From: Eledone cirrhosa | Taxonomy: Eukaryota | NCBI GenBank assembly: GCA_964016885.1 | Contig: OZ024742.1 | Location: 174,034,001 to 174,098,000 of the forward strand | DNA length: 64,000 bases | Reading direction: 5' to 3' | Part shown: one piece after another, positions 13,195-26,155 of the stretch | Layout: each line of letters starts with the position of its first letter | Numbering within the stretch: the first letter of the stretch is position 1 | Notes under the pieces: model-generated | What the model was told of the DNA's origin: nothing | The model's input: only the letters and a program-made list of their open reading frames with translations | Database searches by the model: none | Translations under genes and position numbers: made by a program

Positions 13195-14500
13195 CAACAA
13201 ACCCATAGTAATAACAGCAATATCTCCTCTATTATTAAACTACATTATCACCAAATGCACAGTAATAACAGCAATAATGTTTTCTATTAACCAACATTAT
13301 CAACAAACCTATAGTAATAACAGCAATAGTCTCCTCTATTATTAAACTACATTATCACCAAAGACACAGTAATAACAGCAATAATGTTTTCTATTAACCA
13401 ACATTATCAACAAACCTATAGTAATAACAGCAATAGTCTCCTCTATTATTAAACTACATTATCACCAAAGACACAGTAATAACAGCAATAATGTTTTCTA
13501 TTAACCAACATTATCAACAAACCTATAGTAATAACAGCAATAGTCTCCTCTATTATTAAACTACATTATCAACAAAGACACAGTAATAACAGCAATAATG
13601 TTTTCTATTAGCCAACATTATCAACAAACCTATAGTAATAACAGCAATAGTCTCCTCTATTATTAAACTACATTATCACCAAATGCATAGTAATAACAGC
13701 AATATCTCCTCTATTATTAAACTATATTATCACCAAATGCACAGTAATAACAGCAATAGTCTCCTCTATTATTAAACTACATTATCACCAAAGACATAGT
13801 AATAACAGCAATAATGTTTTCTATTAACCAACATTATCAACACACACATTAATAACAGCAATAGTCTCCTCTATTATTAAACTACATTATGACAAAATGC
13901 ACAGTAATAACAGCAATAATGTTCTCTATTATTAAACTACATTATCACCAAATACACAGTAATAACAGCAATAGTCTCCTCTATTATTAAACTACATTAT
14001 CAACAAAGACACAGTAATAACAGCAATAATGTTTTCTATTAACCAACATTATCACCAAATGCACAGTAATAACAGCAATAATGTCCTCTAATATTAAACT
14101 ACACTATCAATGCGCACATTAATAACAGTAATAATTGTTTCTACTTTAGGCACAAGGCCAGCAATTACCCAGTACATTACTGGTACTTTATTTTATCGAC
14201 CCCGTAAGGATGAAAGGCAAAGTTAACCTCGGCGGGATTTGAACTCAGAATGAAAAGGGCCGTAACTATGCTAGAAAGCATGGCATCCAACCCTCTACCG
14301 ATACTGCCAATTCACCAGTAATAATGCCCTGTATTACTAAACTAAATTATCATCAAACATACAGTAATAACATTAATAGTGTCTTCTACTAAACTTCATT
14401 ATCAACATACACAGTATCAACATAGCAGCAGTGTCATTTATTAACCAATATTATCAACAAAAACGCAACGGAAATAGGATCCTCTATTAACCTAAACTAT
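13195..14500. repeat. Minisatellite of alternating 52-bp and 55-bp units (107-bp dimer), decaying at its edges and interrupted by a SINE
   Basis: AGTAATAACAGCAATA at 13261, 13313, 13368, 13420 and onward. Confidence 0.93.
14136..14316 (-). mobile_element. tRNA-derived SINE inserted in the minisatellite
   Basis: Reverse complement of the 3890 family; TSD AGTAATAAT at 14127-14135 and 14317-14325. Confidence 0.9.
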
Positions 14501-14650
14501 CAGCACAGTAATTTTCAGATACTATGATTTGATTGGTTGAGTTGCTTCAGTTGGTACAGGGAGAAGCTGCTATTTTTAGCATTCCCCACCAAACTACACT
14601 AATAGCCTGTTTTTGTCAGATACTGTAAATTCTTTAGTAAATATAGTTAG

Positions 14651-14940
14651 CCCTTTAGCATTTAAACTGGCCATATCCAGCCAGTATTATCTCCTCTCTT
14701 TTTGTTCAAACCAGCTGTAACTGACCACTCATACTAATGTTAAGGTATTATTCACAAAATAAATATCAAAATCTCATTGATTCAATATTATGTGAGATAA
14801 AGCCCTTACTGTGAAAATACAATAGTATATATAGAGTAATTGCTTCTACTTTAGGCACAAGGCCAGCAATTACCCAGTGCATTACTGGTACTTTATTTTA
14901 TCGAGCACGTAAGGATGAAAGGCAAGTAAATGCTAAAGGG
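14651..14940. mobile_element. piggyBac-like MITE carrying a SINE 3' fragment (14838-14925, minus strand)
   Basis: TIR CCCTTTAGCATTT ... AAATGCTAAAGGG flanked by TTAG/TTAA; second copy at 18498-18719. Confidence 0.75.
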
Positions 14941-15731
14941 TTAAACATGAGGACATAGCTAAATTAGCTTTGCCTCTCCCAAGAAATGACAATAATTGTT
15001 TATACTTTTTTTAGGATGGCCTGTTGTCAAGACCCCAGTCCTGATTTGCTGATTATCAATTTCTAATACTTGTAATTTGCAAGATTTTTCACAGGTCGAA
15101 ACTATTATGGGCTGAAATGTAAAATTTTAAACATTTTTTTTTTTCTAAGTATTAAACTTTTTGAATTTCTTTGTCATCAGCCTCAACATGTTCCATTCAG
15201 GTATTGTTGTTTTGTGAACATATTGTTCAGAGTTTGCTCTGACACAAGTTTATTCCACACATTATCATTGAGCAGTTTTGCAGACAACAAGATTGGAATA
15301 ATTACTATGGTTTCTATGCTTTGTAGCATTGTTTTGATTTAAATCCCCATTATATATAAAAATGTGTGTGTGTGTGTGTGTTATTTAATTCATGTTTCCC
15401 TCCATCTTTCTATTTCTTGTAATGTTTAAATTACCTTATCAAGGTAACTGGGTGTTAAATGATGATGATGTATCTTACACTCACCACCTAAAGCAATTAA
15501 TCCATCTGTCTAATGAACTATTGATTTATGTATCTCTGCTCATATCTAGGTACTTGTCTATTTATCTAAGTATTTATCTACCAATTCATCTATCAATCTA
15601 TCTATCCATCTATGGAATTATCTCCTTATACATCTACCTACCTGTCACCTCCCTATCTACCTACATACTTGACTATCTATTAATCTATCTATCTATTTAC
15701 ACGTACATATATATATACATATATATACATG

Positions 15732-15844
<113 letters not shown>

Positions 15845-16029
15845 TCATCACCACCATTTAATGTCCATGTTCGATGCTAACATGGGAAAATAGATGTTAA
15901 ACGATGTGTATATATCTACATATATATAGATATATACACATATATCTATATATCTGTACACACACACACACACACACATACATACATACATATAAATATG
16001 TCTTCTTTGTAGGCTACTATCCTAAAGTT

Positions 16030-17590
16030 AAAACAGAGGAGGACTCTATTTTCACTGATAAAATAGAATATTACAGGGGTATATTTCAAGGAGACAGTCT
16101 CTCTGTGCTACTATTTATCCTATCATTAAACCCCTTGTCTTTCTGCTCAAGAAATGTGAAGGGTACATCATTGGCTCAAAGGAGGACAGAAATATGAACT
16201 TAACCCATAATTTCTCTGTGGATGACCTGAAACTCTATGCCAAGAACATAAATGGGATGAAGACAAATCTTGACCTGGTTACAACATTCTCAAAGGATAT
16301 AGGAGTGAAGTTTGGCCAACATAAATGTTCATATATGATTGTAAAGCCGGGAAAAACTACAACCCAATCTAACAACATTTTTATCAATGGCTTATCTGTT
16401 TCACTGATATCTGATGGGGACTACTACAGATACCTGGGGATAGATTAGAATATATCCTATAATGGTATTTGTAACAAGGAATGCATATCCAAGGAATATT
16501 ACACCCGCTTAAGAAAAATATGGTCATCAAAACTCTCTGCGCACAATAAAACAGTGGCTCATGATGTGTTTGCTGTGCCTGTCCTATCACCAATATTTGG
16601 AATACTTGATAGACGAAATCTGAGTATTTGACATTAAAACTCGAAATGTAGGATCCCATCTACTGAGCAAGTCTGTCTGCATGAGACAGATAATATCATG
16701 AGGGTTGGGAAGGAACTCCTTGAAAGATATTCCCTGCAGGATAATAAAAGCTCACACCCAGGGTAATTCCCCAGGAATATTGCAGTGAATCTATGAATGA
16801 AAAACTGCATGTTTATCAGCAAAAAGTCATGCATGGATATATTGACAGGAAGCTCCAGAGTGAGAGTAATGTAGATAAGTAAAGTAGTCTAACTTGGACC
16901 AATAACCACCATATTTGTTCCCAATTTGAAGGATATGTTTTTGATATCCAAGAAGAGGAAATCAACACAAAATACCTCATTCACACAAGAGATAGGGATG
17001 CAGGTAAAGCACCTAGATGTGACAACAAATTCAGACTCTGCAGAATTAACATCGAAGATGTCACCCATGTCATGAACAGCTGTCTAAAGATGTCATCACA
17101 GTACTATCTACCTAGAGGCATGATGTAGTGACAAAAACACTGTACAATGCAATCTGTTACAGCAATGTAGAAGGCATATACATACATAATATGAAAGAGT
17201 ACTGGTGAAATGTTCCAGTCAAAACCCCAATAAAATGCAAACATAACAGAACAGATATAATGATATGGAACTGGGAGAAGAAGGCATTCACAGTAGTGGA
17301 AGTTAGCTACCCAGCAGGTGCCAATATAATATTAAAGATCTGTGAGAAGGAGAATATCTATGCAAAACTAATGAGAAATCTGCAGATACTCCGCCCTGAT
17401 TATACCTTCAGATTTATATCTGATTATTGGGGCACAGGGATATGTTAGTAATTGTGTCATTACAAATCTTGAGAAGCTGGGCTTCACAGAAACAGAAAGA
17501 ACATGACTAGTTATGAAATTACAAGTACAATCCATTAATGGAACAGTAAAGATATATGTAAAACATTCCAAAAATTCTGCATCTAATAAC
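16030..17590 (+). pseudogene. R4/Dong-like LINE, 5'-truncated (RT + decayed Zn finger + restriction-like endonuclease)
   Basis: RGIFQGDSLSVLLFILSLNPLS, THNFSVDDLKLYA, YRYLG, IQEEEINTKY, HNRTDIMIW...VVEVSYP...EKENIYAKL. Confidence 0.88.
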
Positions 17591-18105
17591 TGCATATACA
17601 CATGTACAGATACAAAGCATATGCACACATATAACTTAAAACATACACATCCACACATACATTAACATCCATACTTGCACACGCACATGCATACAACTAG
17701 TTGCTGTTGTTTAAAACCCAATGAGAGAAACTTGTATCTATGTTAGAAACCAACACTCTCTCTATTGGTAAAAATTTATAAAATTATAAAACCAAAACAT
17801 ACATACATACAGCAGACTATCTATCTCTCTACCAAATTATATGTTTATCACTTACTACCATTTCAAATTATCCTTAAAAGCTCCGAACTATTTAAATGTG
17901 AAATATTTCCAGGTCATTTTATTATATGTACAAAGCAAGAATCATTCTATTTTGTTGGTCATTTATTTTTTTTACTTTCAATATGATTTGAATGAATCCC
18001 AATTACATGAAAGATGCAGTAAAATGCAATAAAATCTAAGTGGACAGTTTTTAATGACTATCCTCTTAAAGCTGCAGTTAAGAAAGAATGCTCCATATAT
18101 GTATG

Positions 18106-18193
18106 TTAGAGATATAGAGTAATATACATATATACATACATACACACATATGTGTGTATGTATGTATATATGTATATTACTCTATATCTCTAA
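18106..18193. repeat. Perfect 88-bp spacer-less palindrome
   Basis: 44-bp arm TTAGAGATATAGAGTAATATACATATATACATACATACACACAT followed by its exact reverse complement. Confidence 0.95.
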
Positions 18194-18218
18194 ATTTATT
18201 GTTTCATCTCATGCTATT

Positions 18219-18261
18219 TAAGGCCTTCATTGAAAGCTTAAAAACTGATGTGATATATATA

Positions 18262-18295
<34 letters not shown>

Positions 18296-18498
18296 CTTTT
18301 ACATACATTCATACATGCATGCTTACATGCATACACATATATCTCTCAATATATAAATAAAAGTATGTATATTCCAAGTTATAAACTATAGTTTTAAACC
18401 AGTGTGAGAAATATTGCATAAACGTTCATCTCTATGAGGAAAAGGTCATGGGCCATGTTAGATTTTTTTTGATAATTTAACTTTCAATGAAGGCCTTA
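18219..18498. mobile_element. MITE-like element with 18-bp perfect terminal inverted repeats
   Basis: TAAGGCCTTCATTGAAAG (18219-18236) and CTTTCAATGAAGGCCTTA (18481-18498). Confidence 0.6.
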
Positions 18499-18719
18499 GA
18501 TATTTAGCATTTGCACTACTTTATATATACTATTGTATTTTTGTGAAAAAGGCTTTATCTTACAAAATATCTCACTTAATATTGAATATATGAGATTTTG
18601 ATATTATTTATTTTGAGAACAATACCTTAACGCCAGTATGAGCAGCTGGTTACAGCTGGTTTAAACAGAAAGAGGTGAGAGAATTCTGGCCGGATATGAC
18701 AGGTTTAAATGCTAAAGGG
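18498..18719. mobile_element. piggyBac-like MITE, reverse orientation relative to the 14651 copy
   Basis: Ends TTTAAATGCTAAAGGG|TTAA; interior matches the reverse complement of 14651-14835. Confidence 0.75.
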
Positions 18720-19489
18720 TTAAACCCACTGAAATTTATGTATAATGAAGAATATATACTTGATATTAGGGATGCTCTGATAAGCAAATTAGTCTATTAC
18801 CAATTAATCGGTCTTGCTATATCAGCCAATACCAATTAATCTGTTGGCAATTATCTACAATGTAATTAAGTGTTGTGATAAGAAGATGCTTAGTATAATT
18901 AATCACAATTATGGAGCTACTATTTGAGAAAACATGATGACATAATTAGGCTGACTTTATCATAGAAGGTGACATAAATGAGCCTACCATATATTAGCTA
19001 AACTCTGAAAAAGAAGGTTTGAAGATTTTATGTTCTGATTTATGAGTTCTTGAATTTTATCGTTCGATTTTATTTTGTAGTTGAGTAAATTAAGATGACA
19101 AGAAACACAATTACTGGGAGATTTTTGAATACATTTAAATAGATATGTAGTCAGGAAATTTATAATTTTTAAATTAATCCCTTTTTAAAAGATCAGTTGA
19201 ACACATATCCTCTCGTGTGGGCAGGGGGGTTTCTCTTTTATTTCGAAATCCTTTAACCTGGAGGGATATTGTTATTGGTATTTTTAGTGGTGGTGGAGCT
19301 GGTGAGGGTGTTGATGAAGGTGGTGCAATTAGAGTCAAACTTAAATCAACCACACCAATCACCCCCAATTGGGACCAGTGCCGAAAGGGGTTGAATACTT
19401 TTAGCTCCAGAAGTCGGGATAATAAGCAACAGACAGCCACAAGAAACAAAAACTACCAAATTCTGGGACAGCTCCTGCTACCTAAGTAA

Positions 19490-20320
19490 TCAAATTAGCA
19501 TTGGAGAGAGGTGTTTTGAAAGTACAGTAACCAGAGTAAGAACGGGATGAAAGAAGTTCAGGAAGCTACCACTACTAGCTGCAAAAGGCTTTACCATAAA
19601 AATGAAAGACAGACTGTATGATGCATGCATGCTAACAGCAATGTTACATGGTAATGAGACCTGGGCATTGTGTGCAGAAGTCTTGCGAAGATTAGAAACA
19701 AAGTGTGCAAGCTCCGATGGATCTGTAAGAGCAATATACTTGAATGGCAAAGCATAAATGAATTAAGAGAGAGACTAAGCATAAGAGGAATCAAATGTTG
19801 TGTGCAGGAGAGGAGATTATGTTGGTATGGACATGTGATGCGTATGAAGGATGACAGTTGCATAAAAAGGTACAGAGCACTAGAAGTTGATGGAACGCTT
19901 GGAGTGGGGGAACCCAAGAAAACCTGGAATGAGGTGATAAAAACTGATGTTGCCCCAATTGCACCTCTAAAACGTGATGAAACAGGACCAAGACCTCTGG
20001 TGATATGCAGTTATACAGAAGGCCCGAGTTCCCATGGGTACAAGCCAAAGCTGAAGCATATAGACTATAGTCCCCCATGCCCCTCCCTCTGTAAAGTGGT
20101 CGTGTAGCCACCATAGTAAAAAGAAAGCACTCGGTACTCACTGTAAATTTGGTTGGTATTAGTAAGGTTATCCAGCTGTAGAAACTGAGTCAAAATCAGT
20201 CCTATATGAGCAAGACTCGGTCACATGACCTGGCATTGCCCACAGCAGGACAACCCATCTAGCCCATGCTAGCGTGGAAACATTGACGTAAAACGGTGAT
20301 GATGATGATGATGATGATTG
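19490..20320 (+). mobile_element. RTE-clade LINE 3' fragment with (GAT)n tail
   Basis: RLYDACMLTAMLHGNETWA, LRWIC, RRLCWYGHVMRM, PKKTWNEVIKTD; tail ...GATGATGAT. Confidence 0.85.
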
Positions 20321-20874
20321 CTATGTAATACCTAAATGTGGCCTACACTTGCTAAGGCCAGTCACTGTGTTAATGTTACTGCTGTATAAATGTTGAAAAA
20401 AAAAGCAATAAACCAGCAAGACATTAAGTCTAAGGTGAATAGCAAAGTAGCCAAAACTGTCAGGTATGTAGTGTGTTTATAGTGTTTATAGTATTCACAC
20501 AAAATGAATATAAAAGAAAACACATTGAAGTTACGAGGTAATTAGGATAATATGTAGAATGAAAATGGTACTAATTCCAACAAAAACTATAGTGGAAATT
20601 ATCATTTAAAGATTCAAATCAAATAATTTGTTGTATCATAAGATATAAGATTGAATTAAATCTTAACATCCTCTAATGATTTAGCAGAAAATATCTAAAA
20701 ACAATTTTTTTAATTCTAATGTTTATAGTATCTTTACTAATGATCAGAATGTTATGAATATTTAGAGTAAATTAAAGTTATCACTTCAATATTTAAGGTG
20801 ATAAAGTCAAAGGGATGTTTTGCACTTTTCAATATCTTGCTAATCTTGTGGTTTCATGTGATATCTTCCTTCAT

Positions 20875-21325
20875 ACATTAAAGCTCCAACTCCTGGCAAC
20901 TGACTTGGTAGACACCCAAAATTGATTAACCGTCTTGCCAAGAACAACACTGAGCACCTTTTTGAATTCCATGTGTCTAAAACCTGTGGACATGATTACA
21001 AAATCAGAAAACAGTACAGATCCCATGACTTTCAAAAACATGTTTTCATGCTCAGAGTTGTTGAAGCATGAAACAAACTAGCTCCATCAGTTGTTAGCCA
21101 TCGGGACACTGTATCCTTCAAAACTTCCATTTTCCCTGAAATTTGCCAAGACTACAACTGATATTGCCCCTCCATACAAACATATGCATGTATCCGTGTG
21201 TATATAATGTCTCATGCAGTGTTCACTTTCCTGACATTTGTACATTATTCTATGTACTATACATGCACCTTTGATGAGTTATAATGCACCAGAGAACTGT
21301 ACACAATAATTTTCATTATTATTAT
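20875..21325 (+). mobile_element. CR1/L2-group LINE 3' end
   Basis: TCGHDYKIRKQ...FMLRVVEA*NKL..SVV...SFK C-terminal motif; (ATT)n tail. Confidence 0.7.
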
Positions 21326-21843
21326 GTAGATGGTGAAAATTAACAGAAAAACTAAAGTTATGATTTCAATGTTTAATGTGAGACACTGTACTTCTAATCA
21401 TTGTATTTCTAAAGAATGGTTTCACATTATACAAAATATTAATAGTTTAAAAGAAACAGAAAATATTATTCATTTATGAACTAAAGGTGCATAGAGTCGA
21501 TTATAATTATCAGTAGCACTAACACTGTATCATACACAATAGAAGCTTATATGGAAGCATTAACAATATGTTTATGTATAATAAACATATGATTTAATAT
21601 ACATATGCTCCCATATCCATTATGTTATAAGTGTGTGTTGGTAAACCAGGTTTCATGCATTTGTTGTTACTCAACAGCAGGCATTCATCAGCTATAGTGA
21701 GACTAAATGATATTTAATATGCATAAACACATTGTACTGGATCAATTGGAGATAGTCGCTTCTAAGAGAACCCACTGAAAGGTGTGATTGAGGACTCTTC
21801 CCCCACAACACTCCTAGGAATAGGCGAGAGAAAAAGTAGCGGG

Positions 21844-21908
<65 letters not shown>

Positions 21909-21935
21909 CACAGACACATGCACTCATACACTCAC

Positions 21936-21966
<31 letters not shown>

Positions 21967-22104
21967 GTATATATATATATATGTGTGTGTTTGTTGTTAT
22001 TGTGCTTGTGTATGTATTTATTTATTTATTTATTTATATTTCTCTTAGGTCAGTATTGTTTGTTTGGGTGTTGTTGTTATTCCATTCATTTTTGAGCCTT
22101 CTTA

Positions 22105-22940
22105 GATAGACACTTTCCAATAGGTTACAAATACCACTCCATCTTTGACAGACACTGATTAAAACTAGGGTACTCCTGCGTTAAGAATATGAAGGCCCAC
22201 ATCACCAACGAACCTAAGAGTGGCGCTCCACCACGATGCTTTTGCTGAAAGCCTGAAACTTGTCCCCTTCAACAGCAATGCAACACACCCACTGAAGTTT
22301 ATGAAGGAGGTCAAATCCTATGTGGGTATGGTGGAGGGTCGATTTAAGGAACGCATCCTGAACCATCAGTCAACCTTTAGGTACCCGTACAAACGATCAT
22401 CCACAAAACTCGCGAGCCACATATGGTCGCTCAAAGACTCAGGTTTAGACTACTCCATTCAATGGAAAGCTATCACTAAGTCCAAGCCATACGCAAGGGG
22501 CAATCTGTCTTGTGGACTGTGTATTGAAGAAAGGATAAATATTCTAAGGAGATTACGCAATAGCGATTGCCTAAATTTAAGAATTGAAATCTTCTCACGT
22601 TGTCCGCATGTCTGGAAACACCTCTTGCATAGCTTCGGATTGAATAACAACAACATTCTAATTTTCTAATCAACTCGAACATTTTATTCCGGCCATTCGC
22701 AGTTATCTCCCTTACACCTTTCACCTGTGGATTTGTATCGTTTGGATGAAGTTACTGTTTCTGCACATGCGGGTTCATATGGATGTTCTTCCTGTTCCAT
22801 ATAACCATTACCAGTCCGAGCTGAAGATCCGTAAAAGGTGAAACAATTGTTCTCGGTATGGTGAACTAACTGTTGTGTTACTACTTCTACCAAACTCGTC
22901 CCATGGACTGAGTGCTCTACCACTACTGATATTACCTTCC
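22105..22940 (+). mobile_element. Penelope-like element 3' fragment (GIY-YIG endonuclease + tail)
   Basis: SYVGMVEGRFKERILNHQSTFR...STKLASHIWSLKD...CGLCIEE...CLNLRIEIFSRCPH. Confidence 0.88.
22810..22862 (+). ncRNA. Minimal type I hammerhead ribozyme in the Penelope tail
   Basis: Stem I CCGAG/CTCGG, core CUGAAGA, short stem II CC-GUAAAA-GG, GAAAC, palindromic AATT loop, GUU cleavage triplet. Confidence 0.75.
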
Positions 22941-22964
22941 AGTGTTCTACCTATATATATATAT

Positions 22965-23005
<41 letters not shown>

Positions 23006-23038
23006 TTTACGTCCCCGTTTTCCCTGCTTGCAAGGGTG

Positions 23039-23082
<44 letters not shown>

Positions 23083-23227
23083 GTTTGCATATATATAAAG
23101 TCATAGATATATATGTGTTTTGCAACGGGTCACAAATTGGGAGAGGAAATGGTATATATTTTATCTAGTGATTCTAAAGACATGTTTTATGATATATATA
23201 TATATATATATATATATAGATATATAT

Positions 23228-23580
23228 CTTCTTCTTCATCCAGTTATTCCTTTGAAGGTCGTGGGGGCAGAGTCCTCAAACATTCCTTCCTGTGGTTCCT
23301 GTCAGAAGCAACTCTCTCCAACTAATCTGGCTGGACCCCCAAGTAAGACAAGCCAAACTCATGGATGTTATTCAACCATCTTGCTCGGGGTCTACCGCTG
23401 GGTCTCTTGCCTGTTAGTTTTGCCCATAAAATCTGTCCAGCAATTCTTTCCTAAGGCTTTCTAATCACATGCCCATAGTCTCAGAACTGTGATCTTTCAA
23501 TTCAGAGAAGTAGTGGCTCTACCTGGAGTAACTTTCTGATCTCCTAGCTATGCACTCTATTGAGTAACGTTACTCTAAAG
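23228..23580 (-). mobile_element. RTE-like LINE 3' fragment
   Basis: GHVIR motif on minus strand, (GAA) tail, similar to 9110-9290. Confidence 0.6.
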
Positions 23581-24159
23581 ATATATATATATATTCTTAT
23601 TACATTGCCCATATGCTAGTAGATGGCTTTGAAATTCTTATTTGCTTGCCAAAACATCACTAAATATAGGTGTCATTTTCCAACTCTGAAATCTCTTTTA
23701 CAAATTAATATTCACAAATTTCATATATTTTATCTTTCACAGTAAGTCAATTTGAACAACAAACATTATACATTTGTAAAGCATTAAAGAAAGAGATATA
23801 AAATATTTCATCTATATTTATAAGGCTAACATATGTGTATCATACAAATTATAACAGAATTCTATATTAGCTTGCATTGAATCTTACAAAATATACTTAG
23901 ATTTTAATATAGTATGAAGTATTCAGTGAGTTGATATGCACAGCTGACTGAGTCTCTGTGGTGTAGGCTTGTCATTTGGAAGATCAATGATCAATATCTC
24001 AGCTTTGAGCATCACAACTGATTTGGTTGATAAAAGGTTAGATCAGAAAGTCAGACAAGAGGTCAAAGCTGGACACCTTATTATTGCTTTAATCATACCT
24101 TCACAGTCACCTTCTCTCTCCCACTGCAGCCTCCTTTTAACCTGCTGAGCACACACCAG

Positions 24160-24545
24160 CCTCATTAGTGTTGACACAACGTAAAATGTATCCAGTACAC
24201 TATATTAAGTATTATTGTTAGTACCATGATAAACTGCACTCAGTACACTCTGTAAAATGGTAGTGTTAGTGCGACAATAAAATTCACCCATTGCACTTTG
24301 TAATATGGGAGTACAGGGACCGTGATAATCTGCACTTAGTACATTCTGTAAAATAGTAGTGCTGGAGTTATGATAAAAATACACCTAATACACATTGTAA
24401 AATGGTTGATGTCAAGAAGAGCATCCAGCAGCAGAACCTATGGAAAAAATGCAACATCTAGGCAACATGCCATCATCAGATCCATCTAATCCTGGACTAC
24501 ATGTATGAAAAACATATATGTAAGATGATGGTGATGATGATGATA
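24160..24545 (+). mobile_element. (GAT)n-tailed retroposon fragment with internal ~45-bp tandem expansion
   Basis: About five copies of ...GATAAA.TGCAC.CAGTACACT.TGTAAAATGG; then GCATCCAGC..AGAA and GATGATG tail as in 20130-20320. Confidence 0.6.
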
Positions 24546-25137
24546 TATATGATAATTATCACCATCATCATTTTTATGTTTGATTTCCTTTCTAACATGA
24601 GTTAGAATGATTGTTAATAATACAAGTCAATAGTTAATTAGATTAACTGTCCTCTCAATGGATCATAGGACCATGTCTCACCTATACATTCCATTTGGGC
24701 ATGATTTCTATGGCTAAATGCCTTTCCAGGGATCAATCACTTTACTGAGTTTCCTAGGGTTATTTTATCTCTCATCAGCCAGGTTAAAGTATCTCCTTGA
24801 ACCTGTTATCTATGTTCCTTTGCCAACCATTTAAGATTATTCACTGGGTGTATATTATCATGACACTACTATTACTTAAGCTGTTTTGTGCTCCACAAAG
24901 CTTAAGAGTTTTCACTACTCTATTACATTTCCATTTGGTTAGTACAGCTTAGCCAAGATGATGAATAGAATACAGCAAAATAAGAGTGATTGAGTGAAGA
25001 GAGTAGGTGTATAATGGAGGTAAACAGAGGGAATTAGAGGGAGGAAGCATAATGCAAGAGTGGCAATGATGTTAGTTATATCTTCATATTTATATATATA
25101 TCATCATCATTTAATGTCCATTTTCCATGCTATGAAC

Positions 25138-25192
<55 letters not shown>

Positions 25193-25499
25193 GATGCAAC
25201 ACGGCCATCAAAATATGTATAGTGTTTTCATGACATTAAAACTTTAATGAATATTTCCAGTCTGACCCTCTATTGTTTGTAAATGTATATATACAGGGTT
25301 TCCAAAAAATGTATACATACTTCAAAAGTATTCTAATAAAAGTGTGTAAACATTTTTGGGGGACAATTTGCTAGTTTAACTTTTTTCCTTCCAAATATGC
25401 ATTATTTAGATACTTGAAATGTGAAATTAGTTTGTAACAAAATTCCAATGAGTTTGGTTTATTTTGAACGTTTATCTAAAGTTTATATTCTAAACCTTC

Positions 25500-26155
25500 A
25501 AAATGAGAACCAAAATGAACATTATCGACACATCATGCTATTTAATTTTGAAAAGGGTAGAATCTTGCAGGAACATACGTGCTGTGTACAGAGAGGATGC
25601 TGTTACAGAACATGTATGCTAAAAGTGGATTTCAAGATTTCGATTGGGAAATTTTTTGCTTCAAGAAGCACCTTACTCTGGACAGCCAGCTATGGTTGAC
25701 AGCAACCAAGCGAAGGAGTTAGTTGACAGCAACTCATATCTTACAACCAGGGAAACCACAGATATTCTCCAGATATCGAAATCAAGTGTTGAAAATCATC
25801 TGCATAAACATTTTTACATCAGCAGACTCACTGTTTGGGTTCTCCATGAATTGAATAAGGCCAACCTCACCCAACGAAATTTCATTTGTGATTCATTGCT
25901 TAAACATGAAGAAAACGATCCCTTTTTTGAAGAATATAGTAACTGGAGACAACAAATCGATTGTCTACAAATATGTGAAGTGAAAATGATCATGGGGGTA
26001 GTGCCAACAACCACCACAAAACAACCTCCAAAGCAGGACTTCATCCAAAGAAGATTATGCTTTCAATTTAGTCGGGATTGGAAGGATGTTGCTTTTTACG
26101 AGCTTCTTCCCACAAATAGGACCATCAGGTTGGATATGTACTGTGAACAACTGAG
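25500..26155 (+). pseudogene. Degenerate mariner (Tc1/mariner) transposase
   Basis: (M)ENQNEHYRHIMLF, SGQP, TTRE, WVLHEL (WVPHEL motif), ICDSLL..EENDPF, IVTGD, YELLP.NRTI...YCEQL. Confidence 0.88.

Noticed and set aside
13195-14130. CRISPR-like regular repeats
   Set aside because: Intervening sequences are themselves repeated, there are no unique spacers or cas genes, and the context is eukaryotic
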